Of a stretch of 64,000 bases of DNA, positions 23,027-44,113 are shown one piece after another. The stretch lies in assembly GCA_963674735.2 (NCBI GenBank), contig CAXXQS010000002.1:256001-320000 (forward strand), given 5' to 3'. The stretch comes from Myxococcota bacterium. GTDB taxonomy: Bacteria; Myxococcota_A; SURF-8. The position numbers were made by a program, and so were the translations under genes. The stretch's first letter is position 1, and each line of letters opens with the position of its first letter. The notes under the pieces are model-generated. The model made no database searches, had not been told where the DNA came from, and saw only the letters and a list, made by a program, of their open reading frames with translations.

Positions 23027-25117
23027 TCAATATAGCCCGAATCCCTGGGACGTCATCTGCTCCTGCAGCTTCGCCGGAACCGGGGCGTATCGTTTAAATT
23101 CCATCGTGTAGGTCGCGCGTCCTTGTGTTAGTGAGCGCGAATCGGTTGCGTAACCGAACATGTTGCGTAAAGGAGCCAAAGCATTGACGATCTGAACACC
23201 TGGCCGCATGTCCGTTCCGGTTATCTCGCCTTGACGACTATTCAAATCCGCCATGACATCTCCGATGAACTCTTCCGGCGTCACGATCTCGACCGCCATC
23301 AACGGCTCCATCAAAACCGGTACCGCCTTACCTAGCGCTTCACGAACCGCCATTCCGCAGGCTGCCTGAAATGCAAGATCCGTTGATTCAGCCTCGCGGG
23401 AAACCACGTCAAGCAGCGTGACACGAACATCGACAACCAGGTAACCCAAAAGCGGACCGGAATTCATCGCATCCAAAGACCCGCGTTGGCAGGCGTCGAG
23501 GAAGCTTTTCGGAAACTCTTTACTAGGCTTCACGCGGCTTTCGAAAACCAGTCCTTCTCCCGAATCCGCCGGTTCAACCAGCAGCTTCACTTCGGCGAAG
23601 ACGCTGCGGCCGGCTAACTGACGTTCATAGCAATGTGTCAGAGTAACAGCCCCGGTCACGGTCTCGCGATAGGCGACCTGCGGCTTGCCGACATTGCTGT
23701 GAACCTTGAACTCGCGGCGCAGTCGATCGACGATGATTTCGAGATGAAGCTCGCCCATTCCGTAGATCACCGTTTGTCCGGTATCGCTGTCTTGCTTGAC
23801 CCGAAAAGTGGGATCCTCCAGCGACAAACGCTCCATCGCACTGCCGAGCTTCGCCTCATCCTCTGTGGATTTCGGCTCAATGGCAATCGAAATAACCGGT
23901 TTGGGGAACTCGATGGACTCCAGCACCAAGGGGTTGTTTTGCGGACAAAGCGTGTCGCCCGTCGCTGCAAATTTAAGCCCAACCACCGCGGCTATATCAC
24001 CGGCCGTAACGCTTTGAATCTCTTCACGCTTGTTGGCATGCATTTTCAGAAGCTTGCCGATGCGTTCCTTCTTTTCGGTGCGCGGGTTATAAACCATCAT
24101 TCCCGGTTTAATTTCTCCCGAATACACGCGAATAAAAGCGAGATGGCCAACGAAGGGGTCCGTCCAGAGTTTGAACACCAAAGCGGTAAAAGGTTCGTCT
24201 TTGTCTGCCTTGCGCCTGATCAACTGCTCCGGCTTCTTGGGATCCTTGCCTTCAACCGGAGGTACGTCCAGCGGCGAGGGCAGGTAATCGACCACGGCAT
24301 CAAGCAAATGTTGAATGCCCTTGTTCTTGAAAGCCGATCCGCAGAACACCGGAGCGATCAGGTTATTTAGCGTCGCCCGGCGTAAGGATCTGACGATGTC
24401 CGCTTCGGAAAGCTCTTCGCCTCCGAGATAATGCTCCAGCAAGGTCTCATCGTTCTCGGCCGCCACTTCGACAAGAAGCTGACGATACCGTTGAACCTGC
24501 TCGTCCATATCGGCCGGGATGGCGACTTCCACAACCTGAGCCCCGAGGGACTCGGATTCGTAAGTATAAGCCTTGAGCTTGACCAAGTCGATCACGCCCT
24601 CGAACCGTTCGGACTCACCGATGGGAAGCTGCATCACAACGGGGTTTGCCCGTAAGCGTGATTGCATCATCTCAACTGCGCGAAAATAATCCGCTCCTAC
24701 ACGATCTAATTTGTTAATGAACGCTATGCGCGGCACCCGATAACGATCAGCCTGCCGCCATACTGTCTCCGACTGGGGTTCCACTCCGCCTACGCCGCAA
24801 AAAACGACCACGGCACCATCCAGAACCCTCAAACTCCGTTCCACCTCAACGGTAAAGTCCACATGACCCGGCGTGTCGATGATGTTGATTCGATGGTCAC
24901 CCCAGAAGCAGGTGGTTGCGGCCGATGTAATCGTAATCCCGCGCTCCTGCTCCTGTTCCATCCAGTCCATCACGGCATTGCCGTCGTGAACCTCGCCCAT
25001 CCGGTAAGAAACGCCGGTATAATATAGGATGCGTTCCGTGGTCGTGGTCTTGCCGGCATCGATGTGCGCCGCAATACCGATATTGCGTATTCGCGAAAGG
25101 TCGACTTTCTCCGCCAC
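23027..25117 (-). CDS. fusA: elongation factor G, divergent in domain IV (spdEFG2-like)
   Basis: [26 protein letters not shown]; lies between rpsG and tuf. Confidence 0.97.
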   Translation of the reverse strand: MAEKVDLSRIRNIGIAAHIDAGKTTTTERILYYTGVSYRMGEVHDGNAVMDWMEQEQERGITITSAATTCFWGDHRINIIDTPGHVDFTVEVERSLRVLDGAVVVFCGVGGVEPQSETVWRQADRYRVPRIAFINKLDRVGADYFRAVEMMQSRLRANPVVMQLPIGESERFEGVIDLVKLKAYTYESESLGAQVVEVAIPADMDEQVQRYRQLLVEVAAENDETLLEHYLGGEELSEADIVRSLRRATLNNLIAPVFCGSAFKNKGIQHLLDAVVDYLPSPLDVPPVEGKDPKKPEQLIRRKADKDEPFTALVFKLWTDPFVGHLAFIRVYSGEIKPGMMVYNPRTEKKERIGKLLKMHANKREEIQSVTAGDIAAVVGLKFAATGDTLCPQNNPLVLESIEFPKPVISIAIEPKSTEDEAKLGSAMERLSLEDPTFRVKQDSDTGQTVIYGMGELHLEIIVDRLRREFKVHSNVGKPQVAYRETVTGAVTLTHCYERQLAGRSVFAEVKLLVEPADSGEGLVFESRVKPSKEFPKSFLDACQRGSLDAMNSGPLLGYLVVDVRVTLLDVVSREAESTDLAFQAACGMAVREALGKAVPVLMEPLMAVEIVTPEEFIGDVMADLNSRQGEITGTDMRPGVQIVNALAPLRNMFGYATDSRSLTQGRATYTMEFKRYAPVPAKLQEQMTSQGFGLY

Positions 25118-25202
25118 GGTACACCTACTCCGTCGTCATTCACCCGGTGGAACAGGTCAATATCATTATGTCAAACGACCGAGGTCGTATACGAAACTTC
25201 CA

Positions 25203-25673
25203 CTACCAACGATAATGAGCAAAGGCTTTGTTGGCCTCGGCCATACGATGGACATCTTCACGCTTCTTGTAAGCCGCGCCGCGAGAATTGTAAGCGTCCA
25301 TCAACTCGCCCGCCAAACGCTCGCGCATGGTATCTTCGCTACGCGCTTTGGCATAGTTGATCAGCCAACGAATTGCCAGCGCTTGCCGCCGATGACCGGG
25401 AACCTCGGTCGGAACCTGGTACGTCGCACCACCGACGCGGCGGGATTTGACTTCGAGAATCGGCTTGATGTTTTCAACCGCCTTGCGCAAAACAGCGACG
25501 GGCTCATCATTGACCTTTTGAGAAGCGATATCCAACGCGCCGTACATAACCGACTCGGCGATACTTTTCTTGCCCTTGCGCATGATTCCGTTGATGAACT
25601 TAGCCACGAGTACGTCGTGGAACTTAGGATCCGGAAGAATCTGGCGCTTGGTAACAGAACCTTTTCTAGGCAT
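25203..25673 (-). CDS. rpsG: 30S ribosomal protein S7
   Basis: [21 protein letters not shown]. Confidence 0.99.
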   Translation of the reverse strand: MPRKGSVTKRQILPDPKFHDVLVAKFINGIMRKGKKSIAESVMYGALDIASQKVNDEPVAVLRKAVENIKPILEVKSRRVGGATYQVPTEVPGHRRQALAIRWLINYAKARSEDTMRERLAGELMDAYNSRGAAYKKREDVHRMAEANKAFAHYRW

Positions 25674-25717
25674 TACAAACCTCGCGTAAGCTTAGTTTCG
25701 ACCTCGTCAGCCGTGAA

Positions 25718-26089
25718 TTACTTCGGGCGCTTGGCGCCGTACTTGGACCGGGACTGGCGGCGCTCGGAGACGCCGACCGCATCAAGCGTACCACGGATTA
25801 CGTGATACCGAACACCCGGAAGATCCTTCACACGGCCGCCGCGAATCAGCACCACCGAGTGCTCCTGCAGATTATGACCTTCACCGGGGATGTAAGTCGT
25901 AACTTCAAACCCGGAAGTCAGGCGGACACGCGCCACCTTGCGAAGCGCCGAGTTGGGCTTCTTGGGCGTCACGGTGTATACACGCGTGCAAACACCACGG
26001 CGTTGCGGACAGCTCGCCAGTGCAGGCGAAGCGGTCTTCCGCTTGATTTTCTTTCGGCCTTTCCGAACCAGTTGGTTAATCGTCGGCAT
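25718..26089 (-). CDS. rpsL: 30S ribosomal protein S12
   Basis: [22 protein letters not shown]. Confidence 0.99.
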   Translation of the reverse strand: MPTINQLVRKGRKKIKRKTASPALASCPQRRGVCTRVYTVTPKKPNSALRKVARVRLTSGFEVTTYIPGEGHNLQEHSVVLIRGGRVKDLPGVRYHVIRGTLDAVGVSERRQSRSKYGAKRPK

Positions 26090-26180
26090 GCAAACCTTCT
26101 CCTCAGCAAACAGCTCTCATCACACGATTTCGCCGGTTAGCGACCACTGAAAAAGTGGCATCTTCTGGCAGAGCGTGAGC

Positions 26181-26208
26181 ATTATAGGGAGCCGTGCCAG
26201 CGTGTCAA
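26181..26208 (-). promoter_or_regulatory. str operon sigma70 promoter
   Basis: Minus strand TTGACA-16bp-TATAAT about 90 bp upstream of rpsL. Confidence 0.75.
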
Positions 26209-26457
26209 GTAATTAATCTAAAAAGATAATTTTACGCTTGTCAGTTTCAGCGAGTGAAGAGTGGCGGGTGGTCAATCGTGCCCCACACAGCAGGATAAAG
26301 TCGTTGAATCCATCCTACCCAACCCTCCACCCACTTGCGTTGAACCACCGTCGGCCAACACAGTTTGGGTGAACGTACCTGGCTCCCGATGCCCGGGAGC
26401 GGCGATTCGACCCCGTTTCCGGAATCCGAATCGCGTATCAAACCGAAGAAAAAGTCG

Positions 26458-30636
<4,179 letters not shown>

Positions 30637-30692
30637 AACCTTACTCCTTGAATCGAGTGAAAGTTGGACCCTTTTATGAAAGTCACCAGCGG

Positions 30693-34808
<4,116 letters not shown>

Positions 34809-35005
34809 CGTTTTTCCTCGCGGCAAGGGCGATCGCTGCCTTCGCCCTGGGGTAGAGTCCATATGTGGAACCGCCGTCGACCCGCCTTATTCCTATGTAT
34901 GGAGTCCGAGACCCATGCACACATAGCCCGACGACTGCCACCCCGTTTCTGAGGGATGGCAGACCGCCAGGCTCGAATCAAACGTCACGTGGTGTCTGAC
35001 CCACG

Positions 35006-35389
35006 TTACTTCAATGTCACTTTCGCGCCGGTTTCTTCGATCGTCTTCTTGGCGGCTTCGGCGTCTTCTTTGTTGATGCCTTCTTTCACCGCGACCGGAG
35101 CGCTCTCGACCAGCTCTTTGGCTTCTTTCAGGCCAAGACCCGTCATCGCGCGCACGGCTTTGATGACCTGGATTTTGTTGTCGCCGAAGTTTTCCAGCAC
35201 AACGTCGAACTCGGTTTTCTCTTCTTCAGCCGCGCCGGCATCCGCGCCACCGGCCGGTGCCGCCGCCATCGCGACCGGAGCAGCCGCCGAAACGCCCCAC
35301 TCGTCTTCGAGTTCCTTGATGAGACCCGCGAGGTCCATCACCGTCATATTGCTAAGAAATTCCTTAACTTCGTCTTTCGTGATCGCCAT
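35006..35389 (-). CDS. rplL: 50S ribosomal protein L7/L12
   Basis: [16 protein letters not shown]. Confidence 0.99.
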   Translation of the reverse strand: MAITKDEVKEFLSNMTVMDLAGLIKELEDEWGVSAAAPVAMAAAPAGGADAGAAEEEKTEFDVVLENFGDNKIQVIKAVRAMTGLGLKEAKELVESAPVAVKEGINKEDAEAAKKTIEETGAKVTLK

Positions 35390-35450
35390 AACAGTATCCT
35401 TCCTATTATGCAAATTTTTCGTTTCTTTTCAACAAAAAAGTGGCGAGCGC

Positions 35451-35975
35451 CTAGGCGGCCTCTTCCATCTTCCGCCGTTTGGCGTCCAGCACGTTGACCA
35501 TGCCACTGGGTACGGCGTTAAGCAGCCGCACAAAACCGCCCGGAACATTGTTGAGCAGTCCCAAGAACGAAGCACGCAATTCGTCGCGTCCCGGCATCTT
35601 TGCCAGCGCTTCGATCGCAGCCCCATCCAGACGGTTGCCGTCCAGTGCACCAGCCATCAGTTCCAGGCTTTTGAATTCCTTCTTCGCCTGGGCCAATGCT
35701 TTGGCGGGCGCTACCTGGTCCTCAATGCCGATGGCCACGGCGATCGGACCGCGGAAATCCTCAACGAGCAGTTCATTGGGCGTACCCACCAACGCACGCC
35801 GGATCAGGGTGTTCTTCACGACATGAAAATCAACCCCGACCTTGCTGCACTCATTACGAACTTTGTTGATATCGTTGGCTTTTAGACCGGAATACCCAGC
35901 CAGAATCACTACGGATGCACCTTGAAATATCTCATTCCAGTGCTGTACTACTTCCTGTTTTTGCGTTAGATTCAT
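35451..35975 (-). CDS. rplJ: 50S ribosomal protein L10
   Basis: VVKNTL; lies between rplA and rplL. Confidence 0.98.
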   Translation of the reverse strand: MNLTQKQEVVQHWNEIFQGASVVILAGYSGLKANDINKVRNECSKVGVDFHVVKNTLIRRALVGTPNELLVEDFRGPIAVAIGIEDQVAPAKALAQAKKEFKSLELMAGALDGNRLDGAAIEALAKMPGRDELRASFLGLLNNVPGGFVRLLNAVPSGMVNVLDAKRRKMEEAA

Positions 35976-35999
35976 CGCACGGACCCCCTTTCATTTGGA

Positions 36000-36115
36000 T
36001 TTTTCGAGGATTGCCCCATCGGGTCAACCCTGTCAAAGAAAGAGGGAAGGTTCGGTTCCCTCGTCTGCGTGGGCCTTCATTAAGGGCGAGCACCCACCCA
36101 CGGTCTTTGACGATA
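36000..36115 (-). promoter_or_regulatory. L10 leader autoregulatory RNA
   Basis: AAGACCGTGGGT...TTAA...CCCACGCAGACG in the rplJ 5' region resembles the L10-leader kink-turn motif; boundaries approximate. Confidence 0.7.
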
Positions 36116-36165
36116 AACGCGGCTCCGACCTGCCGCGACCGACCTCAAAGCCAGATCACAGGCCG

Positions 36166-36870
36166 TTAACGGACAATGTCCATAACGGAATTGACATCCA
36201 CGCGGACACCGGGGCCCATCGTGGTCGAAAAGGCGATCCCCTTCAGGTATGTACCCTTGACGGATGCCGGTTTCAGCTTCAACAGAACACCCAGAAGCTC
36301 CAGGAAATTTTCCTTCAGAGCTTCGGATTCGAACGATTTGCGGCCGAGCGGAGCATGAATGATTCCCGCCTTTTCGACGCGGAATTCGATGCGGCCCTTT
36401 TTCAGCTCTTCAACGGTCTGCGCCACGTTCGGAGTCACCGTGCCGACCTTGGGGTTCGGCATCAAACCGCGTGGGCCGAGCAGTTTACCGATTTTACCAA
36501 CCACACCCATCATGTCAGGAGTGGCGATAACCTTATCGAAATCGAACCAGCCGCCCTTGATCTTCTCGACAAGATCTTCGCCGCCGACGAAATCGGCCCC
36601 GGCCTCTTTGGCTTCGGTTTCCTTATCGCCCTTGGCAAAAACCAGTACGCGCACTGTTTTGCCAGTTCCGTTGGGAAGCAGCACCGCGCCGCGAATCATC
36701 TGATCGGCATATTTCGGGTTGACGCCCAATTTCAGCGCGACGTCGAACGATTCGTCGAACTTGCCGTAAGTGGAGCTTTTAACCAGCTCGATCGCCTGAT
36801 CCAGTTCGTACTTGACATCGGGATTGATGTCGGTGCGAACGTTCTTGTAATTTTTTCCGTGCTTCGCCAT
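36166..36870 (-). CDS. rplA: 50S ribosomal protein L1
   Basis: [21 protein letters not shown]. Confidence 0.99.
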   Translation of the reverse strand: MAKHGKNYKNVRTDINPDVKYELDQAIELVKSSTYGKFDESFDVALKLGVNPKYADQMIRGAVLLPNGTGKTVRVLVFAKGDKETEAKEAGADFVGGEDLVEKIKGGWFDFDKVIATPDMMGVVGKIGKLLGPRGLMPNPKVGTVTPNVAQTVEELKKGRIEFRVEKAGIIHAPLGRKSFESEALKENFLELLGVLLKLKPASVKGTYLKGIAFSTTMGPGVRVDVNSVMDIVR

Positions 36871-36882
36871 GAGAAACTCCTT

Positions 36883-36912
36883 TGCGGTCCAAACGGCTCG
36901 CGCCTCCCGCAC
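36883..36912 (-). promoter_or_regulatory. putative L1-binding mRNA site before rplA
   Basis: GCGGGAGGC-GCGA-GCC...GACCGC internal-loop hairpin next to the rplA RBS, resembling L1 operators. Confidence 0.5.
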
Positions 36913-36949
36913 AGCGGATTGAACGGTCTATTGATGACAGGGTCCGACC

Positions 36950-37375
36950 TCAGCTGATGACGTCGATCCCCATGGAACGCGCGGTACCGGCGATGATCTT
37001 CATCGCGGCGTCAACGTCGTTGGCGTTTAGATCGGGCATTTTAAGCTCGGCGATTTCCTTGACCTGATCGCTGGTCACCTTGCCCACCTTGCGCTTGTTC
37101 GGCTCGCCCGAACCTTTGGCCACTTTGGCCGCCTTGACCAAAAGCGTGGAAGCCGGAGGCGTCTTGGTGATAAACGAGAAGGTGCGATCAGCATAAATGG
37201 TGATGACGCACGGAATGATGGTTCCGGCCTGCTTCTGCGTACGCGCATTGTACTGCTTGCAGAAGTCCATGATGTTCACGCCGTGCTGACCCAACGCAGG
37301 GCCGACGGGCGGGGACGGATTGGCTTTTCCCGCTTCGATCTGCAGCCTGACCATACCGATAATTTTCTTCGCCAT
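36950..37375 (-). CDS. rplK: 50S ribosomal protein L11
   Basis: [17 protein letters not shown]. Confidence 0.99.
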   Translation of the reverse strand: MAKKIIGMVRLQIEAGKANPSPPVGPALGQHGVNIMDFCKQYNARTQKQAGTIIPCVITIYADRTFSFITKTPPASTLLVKAAKVAKGSGEPNKRKVGKVTSDQVKEIAELKMPDLNANDVDAAMKIIAGTARSMGIDVIS

Positions 37376-37389
37376 GGGAAAACCTCCCC

Positions 37390-37935
37390 TTATTCCTTTT
37401 CGACCTGCGAGAAGTCGAGCTCAATCGGGGTGGCCCGACCGAAGATGGACACGGAAACAACCACGCGCCCTTTCTCCGGTTTCACTTCTTCCACCACACC
37501 CGTGAAGTTGCTAAACGGACCGTTCATCACCCGAACCGACTCGCCTTCTTCGAACATGACCTTCGGCTTGGGTTTGACGACGCCTTCTTCTATCTGCATT
37601 TTCAACCGCCGGATTTCAGCATCCGGAACCGGCGGCGGATTGGTCGTATTGCCGACAAATCCGGTGATTTTCGGCGTATCCTTGATGCAATGCCACGTTC
37701 TCTCGTTCAGCTCCATCTCCACCAGCATATAGCTCGGGAAAAACTTGCGGGTGGTGGTACGCTTGGCATTTTTCACCGTTTCGACGACGGTTTCGGTCGG
37801 AATCAGAACTTCGCCGAAAAAGTCTTCCAACCCGGACTGTTTGATATTCTCCAACAGCGACAGGCGAGCCTTGTTCTCATACCCGGAGTAGGTATGCACG
37901 AAGTACCATTTTTTATTGGCGCCGGTTTCCGACAT
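37390..37935 (-). CDS. nusG: transcription elongation factor NusG
   Basis: [14 protein letters not shown] motif; IFGRATP. Confidence 0.99.
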   Translation of the reverse strand: MSETGANKKWYFVHTYSGYENKARLSLLENIKQSGLEDFFGEVLIPTETVVETVKNAKRTTTRKFFPSYMLVEMELNERTWHCIKDTPKITGFVGNTTNPPPVPDAEIRRLKMQIEEGVVKPKPKVMFEEGESVRVMNGPFSNFTGVVEEVKPEKGRVVVSVSIFGRATPIELDFSQVEKE

Positions 37936-37963
37936 CGACCGTTTCCTTCTGTCGCCGCCCCGT

Positions 37964-38338
37964 CTACGAGTAGATCAGGTTCGACAACGTGGCGAAAATA
38001 TAATCGAAAACACCGAGGATCGCCGTAATGATGATCACCAGCACGATGACGACCAAGGTGGCGGCCCGCGTTTCGGGCACGGTCGGCCAACTCACCTTAC
38101 GGGTTTCCTTGACGACGTCGCCGCCGAACTCGTTGACCCGCGGATGCTTGAGCATCACGACAAAACAGATGATACCACCCACCAATCCGATGATCGATGC
38201 CAGCGGAACGACATTGCCCAACGGGTCGTCTATTCCGGCCAACGCCATCCCGCTCTCCACGATCATGTTGAGCAGATAGGTGCAGATCAGCGAACTGATC
38301 GCATAAGCCAGAACCAACCACCTGGTATTCGAGGACAT
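37964..38338 (-). CDS. secE: preprotein translocase SecE (3-TM form)
   Basis: ETRKVSWP motif; three hydrophobic segments; upstream of nusG. Confidence 0.95.
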   Translation of the reverse strand: MSSNTRWLVLAYAISSLICTYLLNMIVESGMALAGIDDPLGNVVPLASIIGLVGGIICFVVMLKHPRVNEFGGDVVKETRKVSWPTVPETRAATLVVIVLVIIITAILGVFDYIFATLSNLIYS

Positions 38339-38370
38339 AACGCCTCCTCAGTATTCACGATATAAAAGGG

Positions 38371-38446
38371 TGGCAGGCCAGGAGGGACTTGAACCCCCAA
38401 CCCTCGGATTTGGAGTCCGATGCTCTGCCAATTGAGCCACTGGCCT
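38371..38446 (-). tRNA. tRNA-Trp (CCA)
   Basis: AGGCCAGTGGCTCAATTGG...CTCCAAA...GTTCAAGTC...CCA cloverleaf, 76 nt. Confidence 0.97.
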
Positions 38447-38465
38447 ATACCCTAAATACGCCCGA

Positions 38466-38624
38466 CTACTTTTTCTCTGCAAAAACCTGGTGTTTTTTGC
38501 AGTCGGGGCAGTATTTTTTAAACGACAGCTTTCCCGGAGTCTTTTTCTTGTTTTTCGTGGTGTGGTAACGATAGCGACAGCCATCCACCTTGCACTCCAG
38601 AATCACTTTGCTACGATTACCCAT
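38466..38624 (-). CDS. rpmG: 50S ribosomal protein L33 (Zn-binding; not in ORF track)
   Basis: Manual translation [52 protein letters not shown]. Confidence 0.95.
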   Translation of the reverse strand: MGNRSKVILECKVDGCRYRYHTTKNKKKTPGKLSFKKYCPDCKKHQVFAEKK

Positions 38625-38660
38625 ATCGGTCTCCACTCACCCCAGCCGGGGCCAAACACC

Positions 38661-39851
<1,191 letters not shown>

Positions 39852-39997
39852 CTTTGCCTCCTTAAACTTGCACTCTTGTGCACGACACACTACTACCGGC
39901 GACCGGCGACGCCTCACATACTGTGTTCATCAACCGATCGCCGCAATTTACGTTGCCGTCTTTTTCGTTATCAGGCCCTTCCAAAACCCAATAATAA

Positions 39998-40073
<76 letters not shown>

Positions 40074-40076
40074 ATC

Positions 40077-40152
40077 TGGAGCGGGAAACGGGGTTCGAAC
40101 CCGCGACCCATAGCTTGGAAGGCTATTGCTCTACCAGCTGAGCTATTCCCGC
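40077..40152 (-). tRNA. tRNA-Gly (TCC)
   Basis: GCGGGAATAGCTCAG...CTTCCAAG...GTTCGAACC...CCA. Confidence 0.97.
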
Positions 40153-40172
40153 CCAAGCGTGTATCTCAAAAA

Positions 40173-40257
<85 letters not shown>

Positions 40258-40276
40258 AAAAACCATCAGCCAGTTT

Positions 40277-40351
40277 TGGAGCTGGCGATGGGACTTGAAC
40301 CCGCAACCTGCTGATTACAAATCAGCTGCTCTACCATTGAGCTACGCCAGC
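40277..40351 (-). tRNA. tRNA-Thr (TGT)
   Basis: GCTGGCGTAGCTCAATGG...TTTGTAA...GTTCAAGTC...CCA. Confidence 0.97.
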
Positions 40352-40443
40352 GGTAAGTATCGTTTTCAAGTTGATCCAAAGAACAACCTATCTTGCCGTA
40401 ATCAGGCAGATTTCCAAGGGCGCATCAGCGCTTGGACCGCAAG

Positions 40444-40472
40444 TTTATAAACGCATCCCCCGAACTTGTCAA
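40444..40472 (-). promoter_or_regulatory. proximal promoter of the tRNA-tuf operon
   Basis: TTGACA-17bp-TATAAA on the minus strand. Confidence 0.7.
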
Positions 40473-40620
40473 GGAAAAACTGATCGTATCAAAACTTTTC
40501 CTCAACCACCCGATCCAACACGGGAATCCGCCGCACCTGGGTTTACCGTTTTCAGCTCATGACAGAAAAATCGGCGATTTAAACCTGATTTCGCCCGCCA
40601 TCCGATCGGCAATGGCCGGA

Positions 40621-40649
40621 ACTGTAGCCGCACGCCGCCCGTCTGTCAA
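40621..40649 (-). promoter_or_regulatory. distal promoter of the tRNA-tuf operon
   Basis: TTGACA-17bp-TACAGT on the minus strand. Confidence 0.6.
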
Positions 40650-40958
40650 CCTTTACTTGTGAGTAATTTTTATGCCCGGCGACGAACTTCTCCTTCTTCG
40701 CCGTCACCCGACATCGCCCTTTCACCGACCCAATACCTTAATTTAGTGACGCGTTCGGAAAAATTCGACACTCGTGAAAAATTTTTTTTTCTTTTTTTTG
40801 ACGAATCCCTTGCATTTGACTGAGAACACCTTATTTTCAAAGCGCTGATAAAACGATTAGGGTGTGACTTAAAAAGAAATAAATTTTCGAGAACACACAA
40901 AGGCGTTTAGCCGCATTCGATAAATCGAATTCCGAACTCAATTGAAAGGAGCCTTACG

Positions 40959-41246
40959 ATGAACTTGAGACCATTAAACGATCGTATCATTGTCAAGCGT
41001 CTGGAAGAAGAAACCCGCAGTGCCGGTGGCATCATCATCCCCGATTCCGCCAAAGAAAAACCGATCCAGGGCAAAGTGCTGGCGGTCGGCAAGGGCAAAG
41101 TCAAAGAAGACGGCGGCCGGGTCGAAATGGACGTGAAGGTGGACGATACGGTGCTGTTCGGCAAATATGCCGGTCAGGACGTGAAGCACAACGACGAAGA
41201 GCTGCTGATCCTGCGCGAAGACGACATTCTGGCGATCATCGACTAA
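40959..41246 (+). CDS. groES: co-chaperonin GroES
   Basis: [21 protein letters not shown]. Confidence 0.99.
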   Translation: MNLRPLNDRIIVKRLEEETRSAGGIIIPDSAKEKPIQGKVLAVGKGKVKEDGGRVEMDVKVDDTVLFGKYAGQDVKHNDEELLILREDDILAIID

Positions 41247-41271
41247 CACGGGTAACCCCCTGAAATCATAA

Positions 41272-42936
<1,665 letters not shown>

Positions 42937-42959
42937 GCCCTCCCCTCCCCCGATACTCC

Positions 42960-42992
42960 ATCCCCCGGGTCTGCGATCCGGGGGATTTTTTT
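42960..42992 (+). terminator. groEL intrinsic terminator
   Basis: ATCCCCCGG...CCGGGGGAT hairpin followed by a T-tract. Confidence 0.85.
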
Positions 42993-43037
42993 GTGGGGAA
43001 TTATTCGAATACCCAGACAAGCACGGAGCATTCCATG

Positions 43038-43115
43038 CTGGAGCGCGTCTCCCGACGGGCTCCAATAAAAGGCGGTTGCGGTTACGGTCGTGGAGCCCAT
43101 CGAAGATGCGCTCCA
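43038..43115. repeat. REP-like family B inverted doublet
   Basis: CTGGAGCGCGTCTCCCGACGGGCTCCA (43038-43064) and inverted TGGAGCCCATCGAAGATGCGCTCCA (43091-43115); further copies at 43374-43400 and 48723-48748. Confidence 0.7.
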
Positions 43116-43197
43116 ACTTGGAAGCAAAGAAAATTTATCCGGAGGCCAATGTTTGCTATTACTGTTCTCGGCCTTGCCATATTTCGTAAGCGGCGAA

Positions 43198-43223
43198 GAT
43201 GGACAACAAGTTTCCCATCCTAC
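43198..43223 (+). repeat. degenerate GTAG-type REP family A copy (empty IS110 target)
   Basis: GATGGACAACAAGTTTCCCATCCTAC, 24/26 identical to the copy at 49980-50005. Confidence 0.75.
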
Positions 43224-43399
43224 TCCTCTGCGTCTGTCTACCGCTCGTCCCGAGTCGCCGATTACAAAACGGTGTATAGAGGGAGCCTTTGAACCAATTT
43301 CGTTTCGCGAAATTATTCAGGTTGAGCGGAGGTATCGTAATTACAAGCCATTTGGAAGGTTCTGATTTTCACGCTGGAGCGCGCCTTACGGCGGGTTCC

Positions 43400-44089
43400 C
43401 TATAGCCCCAGCCACTCCAAAACGCGCGTGGCCGAAAAGCCGGGCATGCCGTTTTCGAACAGCAGGTGGGCACGGGCGTAGATATCGTTGAGCGGCGGCT
43501 CGGGGAAGAAGGGAATCGCGACGACGCGCATCCCGGCCGCCAAACCCGCCACGACTCCCGCCGGGGCGTCTTCGAGAACCACCGCGCGGGTGGGATCGAC
43601 TTCGAGGCGGCGGGCGGCTTCCAGAAACACGTCCGGTTGCGGCTTGGACCCGGCCACCTCCTCCGACGACACCAGCACCGAAAAGGCGTCGTCCAACCCC
43701 ACGATGGCGAGCAGTTCGCGGATCACCTCCGGCGACGAGCCGGAAGCCACCGCCAGCTTGAGTCCGCGTTTTTGCAACGCCCGAACCAGCGCTACCATCT
43801 CGGGAAAGGCGACGGTGTTTTCGCGTGCGATGGCGATGTAGTGGCGGTTCTTTTTTTCGAGCAGTTCTTCAGGCGTGGCGGGTAGATCGTATTGCGCGCG
43901 AATCTTCCGCATCATCGACAGATTGCCGCCGCCCACGAAGGGGCGCTTCAATTCGCGTGTGAAGGCAATACCGTATTCCTGCAACAGGCGGCAGTCGGCC
44001 TGGAAATAATTCTCTTCGCTGTCGATCAACGTGCCGTCGAGGTCGAAAATAATCGCGTCGACCGCTGCGCCTGCGTCCGTGTTCCGCAT
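43400..44089 (-). CDS. HAD family phosphatase (beta-PGM/CbbY-like)
   Basis: FDLDGTL; KPQPD; EDAPAG. Confidence 0.92.
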   Translation of the reverse strand: MRNTDAGAAVDAIIFDLDGTLIDSEENYFQADCRLLQEYGIAFTRELKRPFVGGGNLSMMRKIRAQYDLPATPEELLEKKNRHYIAIARENTVAFPEMVALVRALQKRGLKLAVASGSSPEVIRELLAIVGLDDAFSVLVSSEEVAGSKPQPDVFLEAARRLEVDPTRAVVLEDAPAGVVAGLAAGMRVVAIPFFPEPPLNDIYARAHLLFENGMPGFSATRVLEWLGL

Positions 44090-44113
44090 CAGCTCTCCCG
44101 TCGCGTTGGGGGT

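Noticed and set aside
40905-40940. TTAGCCGC... considered as CIRCE
   Set aside because: Only TTAGC matches; there is no right arm GAGTGCTAA.
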